Below, in pieces: positions 1 through 13,859 of a stretch of 64,000 nucleotides of DNA. Under the pieces are notes generated by a model, which worked only from the letters and a program-made list of their open reading frames with translations, was not told the origin of the DNA and did not search any database. Both the position numbers and the translations under genes were made by a program. The stretch's first letter is position 1; every line of letters starts with the position of its first letter. The stretch spans positions 1 through 64,000 of the forward strand of contig RBNJ01000003.1 of the NCBI GenBank assembly GCA_003990765.1, written 5' to 3'. Origin of the DNA: Jimgerdemannia flammicorona (taxonomy: Eukaryota).

Positions 1-3000
1 CCACTCCTATATAATGAAAGACAACTTTATCATTCCCCATTGCCACCTGCTCATTACTCTGTCTATAGATCTCTTCCATCAGATAGCAGCATCGCCAACT
101 CTGGGGACCCCAACCAATCCACCACTCAGTCACTAAATCTCTCATCAACCCCTCCCACCATAACGACTTCTTCTGTATATCTATCTATTGCCCCTCCTTG
201 AATACAAAGAGCCAATGTCCAGCCAGCCCTACCTACACCACTAAAACCACTCTATAGTGAGCTAACCATTGCCCACCCCACCCACTAACTGAGATCTCAA
301 ATCTTCCCAGTAACCTCTCTCTCCATTCAGCCTCCTCTCTACCCTCAGCCAGTCCCTACTACTATCCAAAAGTTCCCCAGAACTTCACACTCTCCTAGCT
401 AATGTTCTGGCATCTATACAAATCCCCCAACTTACTCTACATTATAACACTTCTCACAATCTAATTGGCCACCATCCACCAGATGTCTAGCATGAAGATT
501 CAACATGATATTCCTCTGCAGCATCTACTACCATACTACCCAGAACTTGGGAGGAAGCCACCTCTACACCTCAGTACTCTATGACCAGACTCCTGCCTAG
601 TCCCACTCCTCACCAATCCTCACTACCTACCAACTACTTGGCCAAAGATTCTGGCCAAGACCCTGCTAACACTCTACTCTATCACCAATATCAAACTTAG
701 CAAGTAGAATACCCCACAGAAGCAGTCTGTCCCATTGCCACATAGCTGGGTCCCACAGTATCTCCTCCTTATTGCTTCACTATCACAGACTAATGCAGAG
801 TGCTCTATCCACTACCCCCCACCATAAGCCCTTATACTGTAGCCATCGGCTTCCATCCAGAACCACCAGAGAGAACAGATCACTCAAGGACTCTTGTGGG
901 GAAAATCTCATCTCCTATACCTTCTGTATCAGTAGCACCCAACCCCAACCCTATAAATCAACAGCTCTCTTCAACCATCATGCTTGCAGACAGTGCAGCC
1001 TCTTAGAAAAGTCCACTAGGCCTAGCCCTCCCTGAACCACTAGTATTGCAGAGTATCCTAACTTATCTGTGACAACCTCTCTGCCCAAATCCAGTCTCTA
1101 GCCAGTTTCATCAGTCTCTTCACCACCCAAGCTGGAAAGTCCAAATGGTATACAATATACCTAGTGCTCCTAATGAGTCAATTTAATCCAGATTGGATTC
1201 GGATTGATTCAGATTGAATCCCATCCGAATCAACTCGGATGAGATTCGAAACAACCATTGTTTTGATTTCCAAATTAGATAATTAAATGTTTACATCAAT
1301 AACTCAATGAATAATCAACCAAATTTGATGATCTTGGTATCATTTGAAAGCCTTTAATAAGGCCTATCTAATGATACCAAGAACATTGAAATCCGATCAT
1401 GCGTTGCTGAGTAATGAAGGAACCCGTTGGAATCGCCGATTTTGGAAATTCTTTGATTTGCCGATTTTGGAAATTTCATCAAATAGAACGTTTTCCTTAA
1501 TATCTCGGCTACGCGTAATCCGATTTTAATTTTCTTGATATCATTAGAAATGCCTTATTAAGGGCTTTCGAATGACACCAAGATCATCAAATTGGGATGA
1601 TTATTCATCAAGTTATTGATGTAAACATTTAATTGTCCAATTTGGAAATCAAAACAATGGTTGATCGAATCCATCCAGATGGGATTCGATGGGATCCGAA
1701 TCCAATCCAAGTTGATCCAGATGGGATTCGAATCATCTGAATCCCATCTGGATTGACTCATTCGGAGCACTAAATATACCACAGCTAAGGGAACCAGTAG
1801 ACATTCAGAATTGAAACCTGGCCTGCTAGGGAGATGTGGTGACCTCCCCAACCTCTTAGAGCCTCCCCCCAAATGGCCACCCTCCTTTCCCACCACAACT
1901 GAGGCAAGACAGAACCATATACAGAAAGAAAGATGCCCAAATATCTCACCACCTCTCCTATAGAGACAATTGTTCCAATGATGTCCCCTCCCATAATCCT
2001 ATTCTCTAGCACTATTGTCTTACACATATGCCAGTTGAGTTTTGCTCCAGAATATGCCTCATACCATTCAACTGTCCCCTTAAGTATCTCAACATCTGCC
2101 ACCAAGCCAAGTCCAACTATTATATCATCTGCAAAGGTCCCCATCTTCTACACTATACTATATATAGAGAACCCTACCACCTTCTGTCTTATCCTATCCA
2201 TCAAAGATTCTAAAGAAAGAGCATAAAGGATAGAAGACAGTGGATCTCCCTGAGGAACTCCTCTTCCTAAGGGGAATGCCAGACCCTGGTGGCCATTACA
2301 CATCAGTGCTGCCCTACTGCCCTCCAACAGATTCAATATAGAGGCTCAAAATCATGGGGGAACACCAATTCTATCCAGCACCTTGTCCAGCCACACCCAC
2401 TGGATGTGGTCATAGGCCTTCTCCTGATCCAGAAGTATGATCAGTCTCCAGTTCTTCCAGTCCTCTCTCCTCTCCTTGTATTTATATAACAAGACCACCA
2501 ACCCCAAGTCCTGCTCTCCAACCCACTCACCATTCAGAAGAACATGATCACAGAGGGCTGCTATCTCTCCTTAAACTCCAGGAACCTTCATCAACTTCTT
2601 CCAAAAGTCCCAAGGTAACCCATTCTCTCCTGGTACCATCTTAAGCTTAGTGACTACCAGGACTCTTTGGATCTCCTCCTCTTGGACCAGTAAGATCAAG
2701 TCACCAAGGCTCTCTACTTGTAGCAGTTCCCAATCCTCTAGTGTTTCACCAATTGCCTCCTCATCCTCACCCCCTTCCTCCTCACTCCACAGACCCCTCC
2801 ATCTCTCCTTCAGTACCCCTAAGATCTATTGCATACCATGTACCATTTCCCCCTCTACATCCAGGACTTCATCCTATTGATGCCAGACCCTCCTGGCCAG
2901 GAGGAGCCATGACAAGTACCTAGTAGACCTCTCTCTCTCCTCAAGTCTCTGCTACTACAGCCTGGCTGCCATTCCTTTCATTCAGATCTCCTCCTCTTCC

Positions 3001-4020
3001 CTCAGCATCTGTTGCAGCTCTATTACCTCCAATTTTACATACTCTAACCTCCAATTATTGACCATGCTAGCATTTAAAAAATCAGCCCATTCCATCTACA
3101 GTCTAACCAACTGATTGGAAGCATACCTCACTGTTTTTCTTCTCTGCTTCTCTGCCTCTCTACCAGTCTCTCCCTACTAAACCCATACAGTCTCTTTCAA
3201 CTTTATCCATCAGACACCCACTGGCAAACCCTCATGTATCCAGCTGGCAATCTTCACTTGGATGTCCTCCATCTATGAGTCTGACAAAACCTTCTCAGCC
3301 AGCAGGGAGGAGTTAAGGTGCCAATGTCCAGGTCCATCTCCACTTCTCCCAAACTATTCCTGCCCCAACAGACCCCAGTGATCAGACCATGGGTACCATT
3401 CCACCTCTTGAGTTTTCCAGACATCCACACTCCAGCATTTAGCCATCAGAATCCAATCTATCCTTATCCTAAGGCCCTTCACCCAGTGTGTGTAGATCCT
3501 CTTTTCATCCCACCCCATATAGCCTATATCTCCTAAGGAGCTTAGGTTCTCGACCCACTCCTCCCACCTGCACTCCTCCCTCCATTGGTCCTATCCAACT
3601 CTAGATTCCACACCATATTAAAGTCCCCTCCCAGCACATTGATGCCCTCCTCCAAGAGCACACCCTCCTCCAAAAGCCCCTTAATCTATATGATCCTCTC
3701 ACTCCTGGCTATAGGACAGTAGTAAGAGCCAACTTTCACTGGCTCCCACCCAGGTCAATTCTATTCTCTCCATACCAAACAGTCTCTCCAGCTCCTGATA
3801 TCTCTTAAGTCACCTTTAATAGTTTACACCAAAATCACCACCTTGTCCATTTATGCTGTAGCCCCTCCTCATTCACTAGTCCATTCTATATAGTCATCAT
3901 CATCTTCACAATGTACATCTTATAGCAGAAAGAGATCAGCCTCCAATCCTTTAAGCCAAGTGAAAATATTCTTGCACTACCCAGATTCCCTTAACCTATT
4001 TATATTCAATGAAAAAATGT
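1..4020 (-). pseudogene. LINE ORF2 remnant: apurinic endonuclease + reverse transcriptase
   Basis: ORFs 2148-2336 and 1785-2144 carry RT motifs. By-eye translation gives FSLNIN (~4000), GGDFN (~3620) and SDH (~3380), typical of APE endonucleases. Interrupted by the MITE at 1162-1772. Confidence 0.88.
1162..1772. mobile_element. Non-autonomous hAT-type DNA transposon (MITE), 611 bp
   Basis: TIRs TAGTGCTCCTAATGAGTCAAT / ATTGACTCATTCGGAGCACTA (1 mismatch); perfect 8-bp TSD AATATACC at 1154-1161 and 1773-1780; long internal inverted repeat (~1254-1410 vs ~1505-1663). Confidence 0.93.
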
Positions 4021-5985
4021 TAGTTATACTGTTTATAGGAAATAGTATTTAGAAGTAATGTCTCACTCATCCTCCACAAATCTGCATCCTGCCTCTCCTG
4101 TGCCAAGTCTAAGTTATGCTCTGCTGCCAGCCCCTCCTGTTCAGCTTCCTTTGCCTCCAATCTTTCCAGAAGTTCCACTATCTTGTCATCCTCCTTCTCC
4201 TCAAATTCCTCATAATACTCCAGGCAAGTCTCTTGCCAAAGTTGCAAACTATGCCTCTCTCCTTATCAACCTCATACCCCTTTTCCTCCAGAAAAATTGC
4301 AAGCACCTCTGCCTTCAGTGCCTCCACCACACTATTCCCCCTCAGAATCTATATCCAGTACTCCTCACTCATCGCCCTCAGGTTTACTTCCCCCAATTCT
4401 TCAGCTGCAAAGCTGTTTATCATCTGATACATCTACAATAGATTACCCACCTCTTTCCTCTCTGGAGTCACTGGCCTTCCTGCATCCAGCATTGTGGTAT
4501 CAGCTCCTATACTTGTAGTCTCATTCCACTCCTCCTTCAGTACATCCACCAGCTCATCCTCTCCAACAGCCACCACCTGTCCCCCTTTTGCCAAATCTGG
4601 GACTCCAAAGTGGATCTGCTTGGTACCACACATTGGAATATCCTCCACTGCCCTACTCTTTGCAGCAGGACCCCACCTGATCAGAGGGGGAGTATCCTCC
4701 ATAATAGGCTCCCAGACTTCAAACATATTATCCTCAAATGGTTCTACCTATGGTATCTTCCCAGCCTCCTCCAGAACTCTCTCTACTGCTTCTCCTTCCT
4801 TACTGGCCCAGATACTTGTCTCTGCACCCCCAGACTTCTCAATATCACCATCATTCTTCTTCTATACTTGCCAACAGCTCTCTCTGTCTCTTATGCCCCT
4901 GAGCCCTTTCCCACTGCCTTCTGTTGGTGCAGATATGCTTTTCTTCCACAATCTCCAAAAGCATCAACTCTACATATCTCTTCTAGACCTTTGCCCTCTG
5001 CTCAATAGCTCAACTCATCTCTTTCAGAGCATCTAACAGATTCTCCTCCTCCTCCTCCTCACTCCCTTTTACCCTTAATACCTAACAGATAAAAGCCCCC
5101 CATAGCATCACTAACAGCCAGTCACTTATCTTTCCAGTGGCCTCCTTCTCTGCCAGCTGAATTCTGATGTCAACATCTCCAGTTCTGATGGTGGTCCCCT
5201 TCCATATCTAGAAACCAATATCAACCACATTACCATATTCTACCATTACCTCCTCAACCCTCCTTCTTGTCTCAACTACTATTACTATAGGCACCCCCTT
5301 CACTAGCAGCTGAACCACTCTGGGGTCTCACTGAAGATAGTATATCATAGAGACCACCACTTCTCTGATCATCACTCTATTCTTCAGAGCCTCATCTAGT
5401 GGGCCTGTCTCCTCAAAGCCCACCTCAACCCCCTCCAGACCCTTTAGGAACTTCACCAAAGCAGTCCCAGCCACCTGCTTTGAGATAAGCCCCAGGACTA
5501 TTCTCATCATCACTGCTTAGCCCCAGAAGCACAAGGTAGCCACAAACTCTGAGATTGACTTCTTGAGCAACAGTGCTACTGTCAGTCCTGTCATACTATC
5601 TGCCAGGTCTCCCTTCTACATTGGGAACCCTGGCCCCACCTTGCCATCAACTGTCACATCTCTTTTTTTTTCCTGATTCCCCATCACACTCCTATCAGTA
5701 GTCTTTCCTCAGCCACAGCACCTCTAGCCCCTATGCTCACATCTCTTATCTGGATACTGCACTCTCTGCCAATACTAGCCTTACTCTTCCCCTCAGCAAT
5801 ACTAGCCCTAGCTCCAACCAGCCATCTACTCTCCTTCACCTTGTCTGCAAAGCTAGGGAGGCTAGTCCTTCCCCTACTTCTACCTAACACTAGTCCTTTA
5901 TCAGATACCTCTCCACCCTTCAACCCTCTCCATCCCCAGTCTATAACCTCTCCCTACATTCTGCCAGCCAAATGTCCCACCATCT
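4020..5985 (-). pseudogene. LINE ORF1 remnant
   Basis: Fragmented Glu/Arg-rich minus-strand ORFs (4020-4247, 4433-4726, 5328-5513, 5684-5923) directly upstream of the APE domain; no diagnostic motif recognised. Confidence 0.55.
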
Positions 5986-8979
5986 GAACTCTTGCTCTAT
6001 GATATTTTTATAGTACCTTTTCTCTGAGTTGTATCAAAACCATTGCTTGAAGTTGGTGTAACATGAATTGTACAGGAAAAAGGTGTGTAGATATCTGAGT
6101 GTAGCTCTCTTTATATAGAGCAAGGGCCAGATTCTGATCTTGATCAATCAGTTAATGGTTTGAACTTCTCTGACTTTGAAAGTCCTATAGATAAGTAGTT
6201 ACTAGTGCTATATTTCTAAGGGAATGGTCCAGACAGATTGTCTGCTTGTTATAGAACATGCTGTTACAATTTGCAGACTAGAACCTTGTGGGTAGTCATC
6301 ATTTTTTACATCTTTTATATAGGTTCATAGTACTTCTTGAGTCTGTTTCTATATACTATAATAGACAGTATAGTCTTTGAGAATTTTCTAAGCCAAAAAG
6401 TAGTTCTCTTTATATCTTGTACATAGAAGAGTCTTTTTCATTAAGCTTTAGTTTTTATAAATATAAGGCTTTTATTATATTTTGATATAGTAGAACCTTT
6501 TCTTTAATTTGAATAGATTCTAGGGTCTTATAATTCTTTTCTACATTCTTTCTTATTAGTGTTTGTAACTTGATAATGTAATCTTCTGCCTTCTTCCTTA
6601 TTTTGTGTAGTTTCCAGATTTCTGAGTCAATCTATTGCCAAGTTAGGTCTAGATTTGTGGCTGAGGTTCCATCAGAATCTTCTTCTCTAAAGAGCAGTTC
6701 TTTTGGAGTAAAGTGTATACTCTGTGACCATATATCTCATAGGATAGAAAGGACAGTTGAGAGGTAGTTATTTTAATTCTCATATATGTCTGAGATCTTG
6801 GCCAGAATGTTCTTCAGGGTCTTGTTTGTACTTTCTGTCTGTCTATTTCCTTGAGAGTAATATGCAGTAGTCTGATTTACTAAATCTTATATTTCTGATA
6901 TATTATTTTATAGAATCCATTGGCAAATTCTGTACCACAGGCTGTGGTGATTTGTTTTGGTATCTTGTAGTAGCAGATGATTTCTCAGTGTAGGAAGTCA
7001 GCAATAGAGAGAGTATTGGCTTCTTGTAATACTCCTACTTCTACTATTTGGTAAAGAGATCTATAATAACTATAATATAGCAGTTTCCTGATAGAGTTAC
7101 TAGTAGTGTTTAACATTATCTATTGTGATGTAGTGGAAGGGAATGGGCTTAATTCTTAATGATCTGGGTGCTTGGTCTTACTGATCTTGTTTCTGTTTTA
7201 GTACTTATTACACTGTTTGACAAATTGGTACAGATCTTCTTTTATCTTAGGCTATCATATGATTCTTCTTACTTTGTTATATATATTGATTCCTCCTAGG
7301 TATTCTTATTTATACACTTCCTTTATTACTTGATACTTCTTGTATTTGGATATGATGAGCTTTTCTTCTTTTCTGAGTATGTATTATCTAGTTTGAATTG
7401 TTTCCAAGTCTGGTTGATAATGGTGATAGTCCAGAGTTTGAGGTGGTTTGGTATCTTCTGCTGCCCATGGTAGCTGATAAATCCATAGTATAGCTCCTTA
7501 TTCATATTGAATAGTCTTGATGGAAGTATTTTGGAGTATCTTTAAAAGTATATCAGTATTGACATTGGTTCTTCCTGAGTAGTATTTGATAGTATACATA
7601 GTCATACTTTTACAGTCTATAGATCTATATGACATATATTCCTTTGGAGTTCAGAGTGTAGAATAGCCAGACAAGAGTGGAATGGTCTGATGGAATGGTG
7701 AAGTATTTTCTGGCTAGATAATAGTAAAACTTATCTACAACCCAGATTACTGCTAAGCATTCAAGCTTGTATAACTTATAGTTCTGTTTTGCTCTATGAG
7801 TATCCCAGCTTGCATAGAAGATGACATATTTGTATCTATCTTTCTTCTGAGCTAGCACTACTATAAGTCCTATAGCACTTACATCTGTCTGCAAGATGAA
7901 CTCTAGATTCCAATCTGGTCTTCTGAGGATGGGTGCTTGGGTTAACTTGGTCTTGAGTTTATTGAAGGTTTCTTGACATTTCTTAGTCCATTTGAATTTG
8001 ATCTCCTTCTTCAGTAGCTTATAGATAGGTGCTGCAATATCAGAGTATTCTTTAATATAGGTGGCCAGTCTGAAGAAGGCATAGACTTCTGTAGTTATTC
8101 TGGATCTTCAGTAGGCTCAATCATCATGGGGTCTATATGAATTTCAGTCTGATTGATAATGTGTCCTAGATAGAGAATTTCTTAAGCTATAAACTTGCAC
8201 TTCTTGAGCTTAATATAGAGGCTATGCTCCTTGAGCTGCTATATATAGTTAATATATTTCTATGTAGTATTGCTGAAGATGATCATATTATCAATATAGA
8301 TAAAGAGCTATTGTCAATTTCATTGCTGATGACTCTATTAATTATTTACTGAAAACTTACTAGGTTATTATACATTCCAAATAGCATTTGAGGGTAGATA
8401 GAGTGGTATTAGATATGAAAAAGACTGATTTCTCACTGGTATCTTGAGTGAGACCAATCTGATGAAAGTCTGAGAATAGATCCAAGATGGTGTAATATTT
8501 GGCTCTACTTCCAAGAGTGGTAAGAATTTCTTAAATATTTAGCAAGGGCTACCTATCCTTCTTGATAATTATATTGAGCTTTCTATAATCAATATAGAGT
8601 CTTGGGGCAAACTCTCTAGACTTGCTTTCTTTCTTTGAAGTGAGAACAATAAGTGAAGTCCAGGGGCTGATAGCTTGCTTAATAATACTGGCTTCTGCTA
8701 TTTTCTTAAGTTCTGCTCACAGTCATTCTCTATAAGCAAGTGGTATGGGTCTGACTTTCTGATAGATAGACTTAGTATCACCAGTATCAACTTTGTAGTA
8801 GTACTTAGGTTCTTGATTATAGATATCTCTGAAGTCTGTTATGAGTACTCCTTTATTCTGATATAAGATCTTGAGAAGTTGTTCTTCTAAGGAAAGGTTT
8901 CTCTAATAGTATATATATACTTACTCTGGTTGTATTTTTTATACTTGAGTTCAGTAATCTTACTGATAGTATAGACTCC

Positions 8980-9350
8980 TCTTCTAGTAGATCTAAAGTC
9001 TTGTTCTCCTCTCTTAGTCTTGATGAGTTCAATGGCTTCAGTGGTCTTAGGCTTCTTGACTTTATGGATCAGTATCTGGCCAATTCTATCATACTTCTTA
9101 CTTCCAATAGGGTGGTGGGGTTGTGATTTCTGACTATAAGGAAGATCTCACCAGTATAATCAGGGTCAATGACTCCTCCTTCAACTGAGATTTTACTCTT
9201 GGCTAGATACTCCTAGTCTTGATAATTCTGATATAGTTCTCTGATAACTTGACTCCAATTCTAGTATCAAGTAGAGTGGTGGTCTGTAGTTTAAGGATAG
9301 TATCTTGGATACTGATAAGAATTTTTCCTACAGCTCCTTCAGTCTTATAT
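8980..9350 (-). pseudogene. dut: dUTPase domain within Gypsy A pol
   Basis: Motif 3 GGVIDPDYTGEI (~9145-9182) and decayed motif 5 RGEQDFRST (~8985-9013). Confidence 0.82.
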
Positions 9351-11567
9351 TTTGGGATCTTGGCTTTGGGGTAAAACTTCTTGACCTTGAGAGTGATGTC
9401 TGGTTCTTGTTCCTCCTCTGGGGGCTGGTCATCTTCTTTGGCTTTCTTTTTTATTTTAACAGCTTCTTGCTCATATCTTTACTGACAGATTTTTCTAACT
9501 TCACTGATATAGAACTGGCAGTCATTTAGATGTTTGGAGCAGTACATCCTGATACCATGGGGGTATCTTCCTTGCAGAGCATAGTCATCAATAATTTTAT
9601 TGTACCACTGCTCATCTGTAAGCTTGATTGTCTTACTCTTATTCTTATACACTGAGTGGATGAAGACTTCTGTGTCCTCTTCATCTCCTTCCTCTATATC
9701 TGGTAGTACTCCTTTGTAGATATTGATAGAGACTTGTACCTTTCATCCTCTATAGTTGATCTGTATCTTCTGGGCATTGAGGTCAATGATAGCCTTGACC
9801 TTATGAAGCCATTGGTTACTAATGAGGATATCATAGTTGGTGGTACTTATAATGATCACATCTACTGAGATAGTAGCTCCTCTAATCTTGATGGAGACTT
9901 CTTGGATCTTGTCTAGAGGGGTAGCTCATATATCATCTGCTGTGACATAGACTATTTTGGTGGATTTCTCAATATCTCAGCCTAGGTAGTCAATTGTTTT
10001 CTTGCTTATGAGGCATCCTTTAGCACTGATATCAATGAGAACATCAAAGATACAATCTTTAATCTGATATTGAGTACAGGCTGAGGTCTTGCACTGATCT
10101 TCAGATTCTTCATCTGAGTCTTCTTGTTTATCTTCTTGTACATTGTGAGCTTCTATGATCTTATACTCTAAGTTCTTGACAGTAGTTGTAAGTCCTGCTC
10201 TCAACTGCTATAGACTTCTGCTAGTTGTTCCTAAGTAGTATTGACCTTCTGTTCCTTAAGGTCCTTATAGATATCATACTGATGGATCTTGGTCTTATAT
10301 AGCTTCTATTCTTTCTTACTTTTACTTTCTTCTGAGACTGGAGTAGTGCCTTTAATAATTTGACAGGTAGCTTCATCTAACTTCATATCTTGATCAATCT
10401 TCTCAGATTGGGTCTTACTTTGGATAGTGATTGTTGAGGTCTTTCTAGATCTTCCAACTAGCTTACTGTTGCTCTTCTTATTATAGAGCTTGGACTGGGT
10501 TCTAGTATCTTCAGTATTAGGGTAAAATTCAGACTCCTCATAGTATTCTTCATTATCAGTATCAATAATCTCCTTAATGACTAGTGTATTGATTTGTTCT
10601 CTGGTTCTGGTAGTATCACTTAGTTGAGCTCTACATTATACAATTCTTTACATAGTGGCCTTCTTCTCCACATTTGAAGCATGTGATAGTATATTTCTCT
10701 ATAATAGCTGCAAACTTCTGCACTGGTCTCCTGTTGGCTCTTTGTACTTCTCTAACAATATTACCAAGATATACTATTATCTTGGCAAATTACTGGGCAA
10801 GTTCCTCTACTGGGTCAGCTTTGGTCATTTTGGGAGTAGGTGGAGATAGTTGTCTTTTGAGTGCTATGGTGAGTATGATACTGATTGGCTTTGGTGGCTC
10901 TATCTTGATACCAGTTATTCTTTACATTGAGTATTCAGCAGAGTGTCTGACAGTTCTATACATATCTCTGTACAAAGACTACTTTCTAATCAAGGATCAG
11001 AGCAGCTAGAGTATACTGGATGGCTAGGGCAATTTCTTGGTAGACTTCTTTAGGAAGATTGAATCAGCTATCTATTCCTTGAGGGTATTATCATAGTCAA
11101 CTAAGACAATCTGATAGCAGATTTGGGTGTAGAATGAGTTGAAGTCTTTATTGAGTCCTTGGCAGATAGTATTGAGTTGATCTTTGAGAGCTTGCTTGAT
11201 CTCTTTAGTATGATATATAGTTCTGAGAAAGTTCTTCATATTGGTGAGTTTGGCTATACCAGTATTAGTAAGAGTGGTTTACATTGAACTTATCTCTGAC
11301 AGGTCCTCTGAGGTTGATAAGTAGAAGTGTAAATTGTACTTCAACATTGAGAGCTTATACAGTAGCAAATTGTTCAAAGTCTTCAATAAAGGTCAGGATT
11401 AACTCTTAGTAGTAAATCTATAGAATGTGAGAGAATGCATTTCAATTTTATCTTGAATTCTTACAGGGGGTGACTCTTGTAGTTAGGGTAGTTGTTGTAG
11501 TGATTGTTTATTATTTAGCTTGAAAGTAAGAGATCCTAATGATATCACTAGCTAATAGGTACCAAGT

Positions 11568-13148
11568 TGTCATATAGGGGGTACTAAGTTCTCCAAGTAT
11601 ATCAGATTCTCTTCAAGATATATCTCTTAGACCAACTATAAGTTTCATATAAGTAAGTTCTATTAGAGTACCTTCCCAAGGTCTTATAGTCCTTAAACTT
11701 CATATCTTTAAACTATTCTATTGTTTCTTGGATTTGCTTATGTGGAATTGAGTACAGGACTGAAACTTTTGTACTCTTGAGTAGTTGGGTACTTAAATTC
11801 TTGAGAGTTTTTAATACTGGCTTTATTTCAAAAGAAATGAGAGGGGTATTTATACAAAATATAATTCAATGGTTACTAAGTTATAAAACTAAATATAAAT
11901 CCTAATAACCAAATAGATAAGATACTTGAACACAGAAAACTTCAGGTTGTAATTACAAATTTGAGTACTCATACAAATAGTTATATAAGATCAGAATACT
12001 AGAATAATTTCAACAGTTATACAAAGAACTTAGAGCAGAATGTTCAGAATCCTGAGGACTTTATCTTCATCACTATTATCAAGACCAGAGGTTGGGATAT
12101 CTTTGAAGGGACTAAGGTCAATAAATGTTTCTATAAGTATTCTGTTTATTTTATATATTGTGGGTATTTTGTACATTTTATATATGTCAATTAGTAGGAT
12201 GACATCATTGCTGATGATGTCATCACATTCAGTAGTAGTGGGGGGAGTAAGGAGATCAGAGGCTCTCTAATCTATGATATTTTCCTCCACAAAGTAGGGG
12301 ACAAAGGTGGGATCTTGAGGGGGTCTAACCTGGATACTGGGGTCTTAGAATACTGAGATTAATTCTTATAGGAATTGATTTGAGTTATAATTGAGAATGG
12401 AATTCTAGAACTCTTCTTTCTTATCACTTTTGAGAGTGATAGTAGATTGGACTTCTGTAGCCACTATAGCCTCCAATGTATCTGTGTGGCAGGCTGAAAA
12501 TTTCTTGAAGTCAGAGACTCTGGTATACTCCAAGTTGGGGATTGACCAAAGTATATATCTGAAATTTTTTATAGCTACTCTCAATTCACATATATCTATA
12601 GAGATAATATCTTGTATCTATTAGAGACTGATCTGAGGAAATTCTCAGCATAGAAGGTTTTCTAGTTTATATTCCTACCACATCTAGAGATATTTGGTAG
12701 CAGTAATAATCCTTATCTCTATTTCACAGCAGTAGAGAATATAGTGGTAAGAGTCACCAGTATCTAGGTTAATGCTAGAAATTCTTCTGATATGTGTCCT
12801 CATAGCTCCTCTGATGTCTTGAAATATCCTTTCTTTGACTGAGAATCCTTGGTAGTTCCTGGATCTTATAGTTTGGTGAGTGGTAGGCATTTTGTTTTTA
12901 GTGAGTCTTTTGAACTATTTCAGAATTTTGTGAGTCTTGTTTAAGGTGCTGCTGCTGTTGTTTCTTGGTCCTCTTTTATATTCTTGAGATATTCATCTTA
13001 TAGTCATTATGACTCATAGTTTGTCATCATTGCTCATCTTGTAGTCTGGGTGAGTTATGCCATATAATCCTCTTGTGCTCTGATCTGGTAGCTTGTAAGG
13101 AAAGACTATCTTCTATAATGATACCACTATTCTGAGATTACTGTTACA
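11568..13148 (-). repeat. Putative 5' LTR of Gypsy A (~1.58 kb) containing a decayed accessory ORF; possible alternative inner boundary at 12279
   Basis: Starts TGTCATA next to a TGG-initiated PBS-like sequence (11547-11563, minus); minus-strand TATA-like TATAAATACCCC at ~11845-11856; ends TGTTACA+ATAT. The partner LTR is not in the window. Confidence 0.6.
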
Positions 13149-13152
13149 ATAT

Positions 13153-13850
13153 AGATAGAAAGCTGGTCATGAAATTGATTATAGTATAGCTACATAAGGT
13201 GGCCCAATAGATGCTAGTTAAGGAGTAAAGAGACTTTGTTGAGAGCTAACTTATTAGAGATAAGACAGCTTAGATATAGAGTATAATTGAGGAGATAGGA
13301 GTTAAAGTAGGAGATGAAGATAGATCAGCAGTACTGGGTCCTGCTAGCATAATCTGGAGCACTGGTCCAGAGGTTTTAGTCTTATCCTTTTTGGAGGCCA
13401 CAGCTTTAGCAGCTGAAGATACAACTATAAGAGTTGACTTCTTTGATAATACACTAAACTGTAATATAGTGGCTTTAGCAGCTCACTTGTCTGTTCATTT
13501 CTGAGTCTTAGACTATATATTTATAATAGTATCTATTAGAGAGAGAGCTGAAGACTTGGAGAGAGTGATGGTAGATGGGGCAATACTATGGATTTCATTA
13601 TCCAGTTTCTCAAGATCTGGGTAGAATGAGATACCATTATAGTGTTTATAGACTATCTCATCAAGTAAGCCCACTTTATATCTACTAAGACTACTATAAT
13701 AGTATTTAAGATAGCTGAGACTTTCTGAACCAGATGTTTAGATGATATGATATACTAAGTATTATTATATCTGACTAAGATACTAAGTTTATTAGCAACT
13801 TTTAGAAGGCATTCTTTACCCTCTATAGATATATTGATTAATAATCCAGT
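13153..13850 (+). pseudogene. Chromovirus/Tf2-type Gypsy integrase fragment (target of Gypsy A)
   Basis: By-eye translation: TMDFII (~13585), IVFIDYLIK*AHFI (~13640-13680), IISD*DTKF (~13765-13790). Confidence 0.7.
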
Positions 13851-13859
13851 GACCTTTAA

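Larger units (their letters stand above)
1..5985 (-). mobile_element. Decayed L1/Tx1-like non-LTR retrotransposon (ORF1 + APE-RT ORF2). Its 3' end lies left of the window. It abuts, and probably inserted into, the 3' region of Gypsy A.
   Basis: Minus-strand RT motifs GVPQGDPLS (~2240-2265), FADD (~2122-2133) and VRYLGI (~1935-1950); APE motifs near 3320-4020; many stops and frameshifts. Confidence 0.9.
5986..13148 (-). mobile_element. Gypsy A: decayed Ty3/Gypsy LTR retrotransposon with gag-PR-dUTPase-RT-RH-IN; 3' end cut off by the LINE
   Basis: Zinc knuckle CFKCGEEGHYVKNC (~10645-10685); protease VLIDISA (~10025-10045); RNase H QTDVSAIGL/KLECLAVIW (ORF 7625-7894); integrase ~6330-7350. The right end TGTTACA at 13142-13148 is followed by ATAT. 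Confidence 0.87.

Noticed and set aside
1344-1896. ORFs within the MITE as transposase remnants
   Set aside because: Short, mostly within the palindromic arms, and no hAT transposase motifs.
4058-5987. Ser/Pro/Leu-rich plus-strand ORFs
   Set aside because: Antisense shadows of the purine-rich LINE ORF1; the same applies to plus-strand ORFs over Gypsy B/C and Copia E.
6261-6270. CTGTTACAAT as the start of the Gypsy A 3' LTR (identical to 13141-13150)
   Set aside because: Similarity does not extend into the adjacent sequence.
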